64,000 nucleotides of DNA from assembly GCF_001194135.2 (NCBI RefSeq), contig NC_068981.1, positions 86,288,016-86,352,015 on the forward strand, read 5' to 3'. The position numbers and the translations under genes were made by a program. Positions within the stretch are counted from its first letter, which is position 1, and the number at the start of each line of letters is the position of its first letter. The notes beneath the pieces are model-generated. The model saw nothing but the letters and a program-made list of their open reading frames with translations. It did not search any database and was not told the origin of the DNA. This DNA comes from Octopus bimaculoides (taxonomy: Eukaryota). Below are positions 63,132-64,000 of the stretch, piece after piece.

Positions 63132-63900
63132 TTACTCAATAAAGTTGCCATTGGCTTCAACCACGGCCGCCAGATGATCTTGGAATCTCCTGCAACTCTT
63201 CTGGATGGCCTCTTTGTTTAAGTTGGTGAATGCTACCATAATCCTTGCCTTCAGTTCATCCTTGGTATTACAAGGAGTTTTGTTGGTCTCTCGCTCAACT
63301 GTGCCCCACACATAATAATCAAGGGAGTTGCAGTCTGGGGTGTTAGGGGTGATATGGTCACAGAAATTATCTGACAGTCATGACTGGGTTTTCCTGCTTG
63401 TGTGGCATGGTACAGACTCCTGTTGCAGACATAGGGTCTTCTAGCATGTTTGGTTGGAGGGGATGCTCGAGTTTGTCCAAAAGCTTTGTAGCGCAGTCTT
63501 TCTTCTTGTTCTTGATGGCTTGGGATAAAAATTGGCACTTTCTTATCTTGTGTGTGGAATACCAAATGTCTTCATGCACTACCTGCCTGATAAGAAACTC
63601 AGACACTCCCATGCCCCTAGCAATGGACCTGATTGACTTAAAGGGATCATAGTCAATCATGGCCTGGATCTCACCAACAAATTCAGGAGTTCTTTTCTTA
63701 TCAGAATGATCAGTGTGAGTTTTCCAAGCTGCTGTATCTTTGTAATTACCATTAGGCTCATCCAACTCTTTCCAAATTCTCTGCACTGTCCTCAGATTGA
63801 CACCCAAATACTCTGAAATGTTCATACTGGAGCTTCCAGCGTGAATGCCAAGAAGTACAGAATGTCGTTTCTAAATTTCTAGCTGAGTGAATTGCATCAT
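63132..63900 (-). pseudogene. maT/DD37D-like Tc1-mariner transposase with internal deletion
   Basis: N-terminal HTH region ISEYLGVNLRTVQRIWKEL...SIRSIARGMGVSEFLIRQVVHED; frameshifted QQESVPCHTSRKTQS*LSDNF; C-terminal TPDCNSLDYYVWGTVERETNK...EANGNFIE*. The element's left end is near 63011. Confidence 0.8.
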
Positions 63901-64000
63901 GGTGCTGTTTTTCTCAAAAACGGTGCCCAACTGACCCTACTATACTGTGTGGTCGACAAAAAAAAAATAAACAATGCACATGTGCAAAATTTAAAATATA

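Overview
AT-rich animal genomic scaffold with N-gaps. The SINE, RTE and MITE families look like those of an octopod cephalopod (inference from remembered repeat families; no search run). Only one host coding exon is securely identified: the first coding exon of a DOP1/Dopey-family gene (+, 56450-56596, phase-0 GT donor). Its downstream exons are not visible in the window. The rest is mostly transposon debris: three tRNA-derived SINE families, RTE and CR1-group LINE remnants, mariner, maT/DD37D, Helitron and probable hAT transposase fossils, and many MITEs, several with clear target-site duplications. Most notable: (1) a decayed minimal type-I hammerhead ribozyme with palindromic stem III, atop a ~35-bp stem, inside a Penelope-like fold-back in the DOP1 intron; (2) a switch from CpG-retaining to CpG-depleted sequence at about 14-15 kb, suggesting the DOP1 transcription start lies ~42 kb upstream of its ATG; (3) a low-confidence divergent minus-strand gene at 10-12.6 kb; (4) two Merlin-like MITEs carrying telomeric repeats; (5) a 62-bp minisatellite grown from an RTE 3' UTR. 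I found no compelling new multi-gene system.
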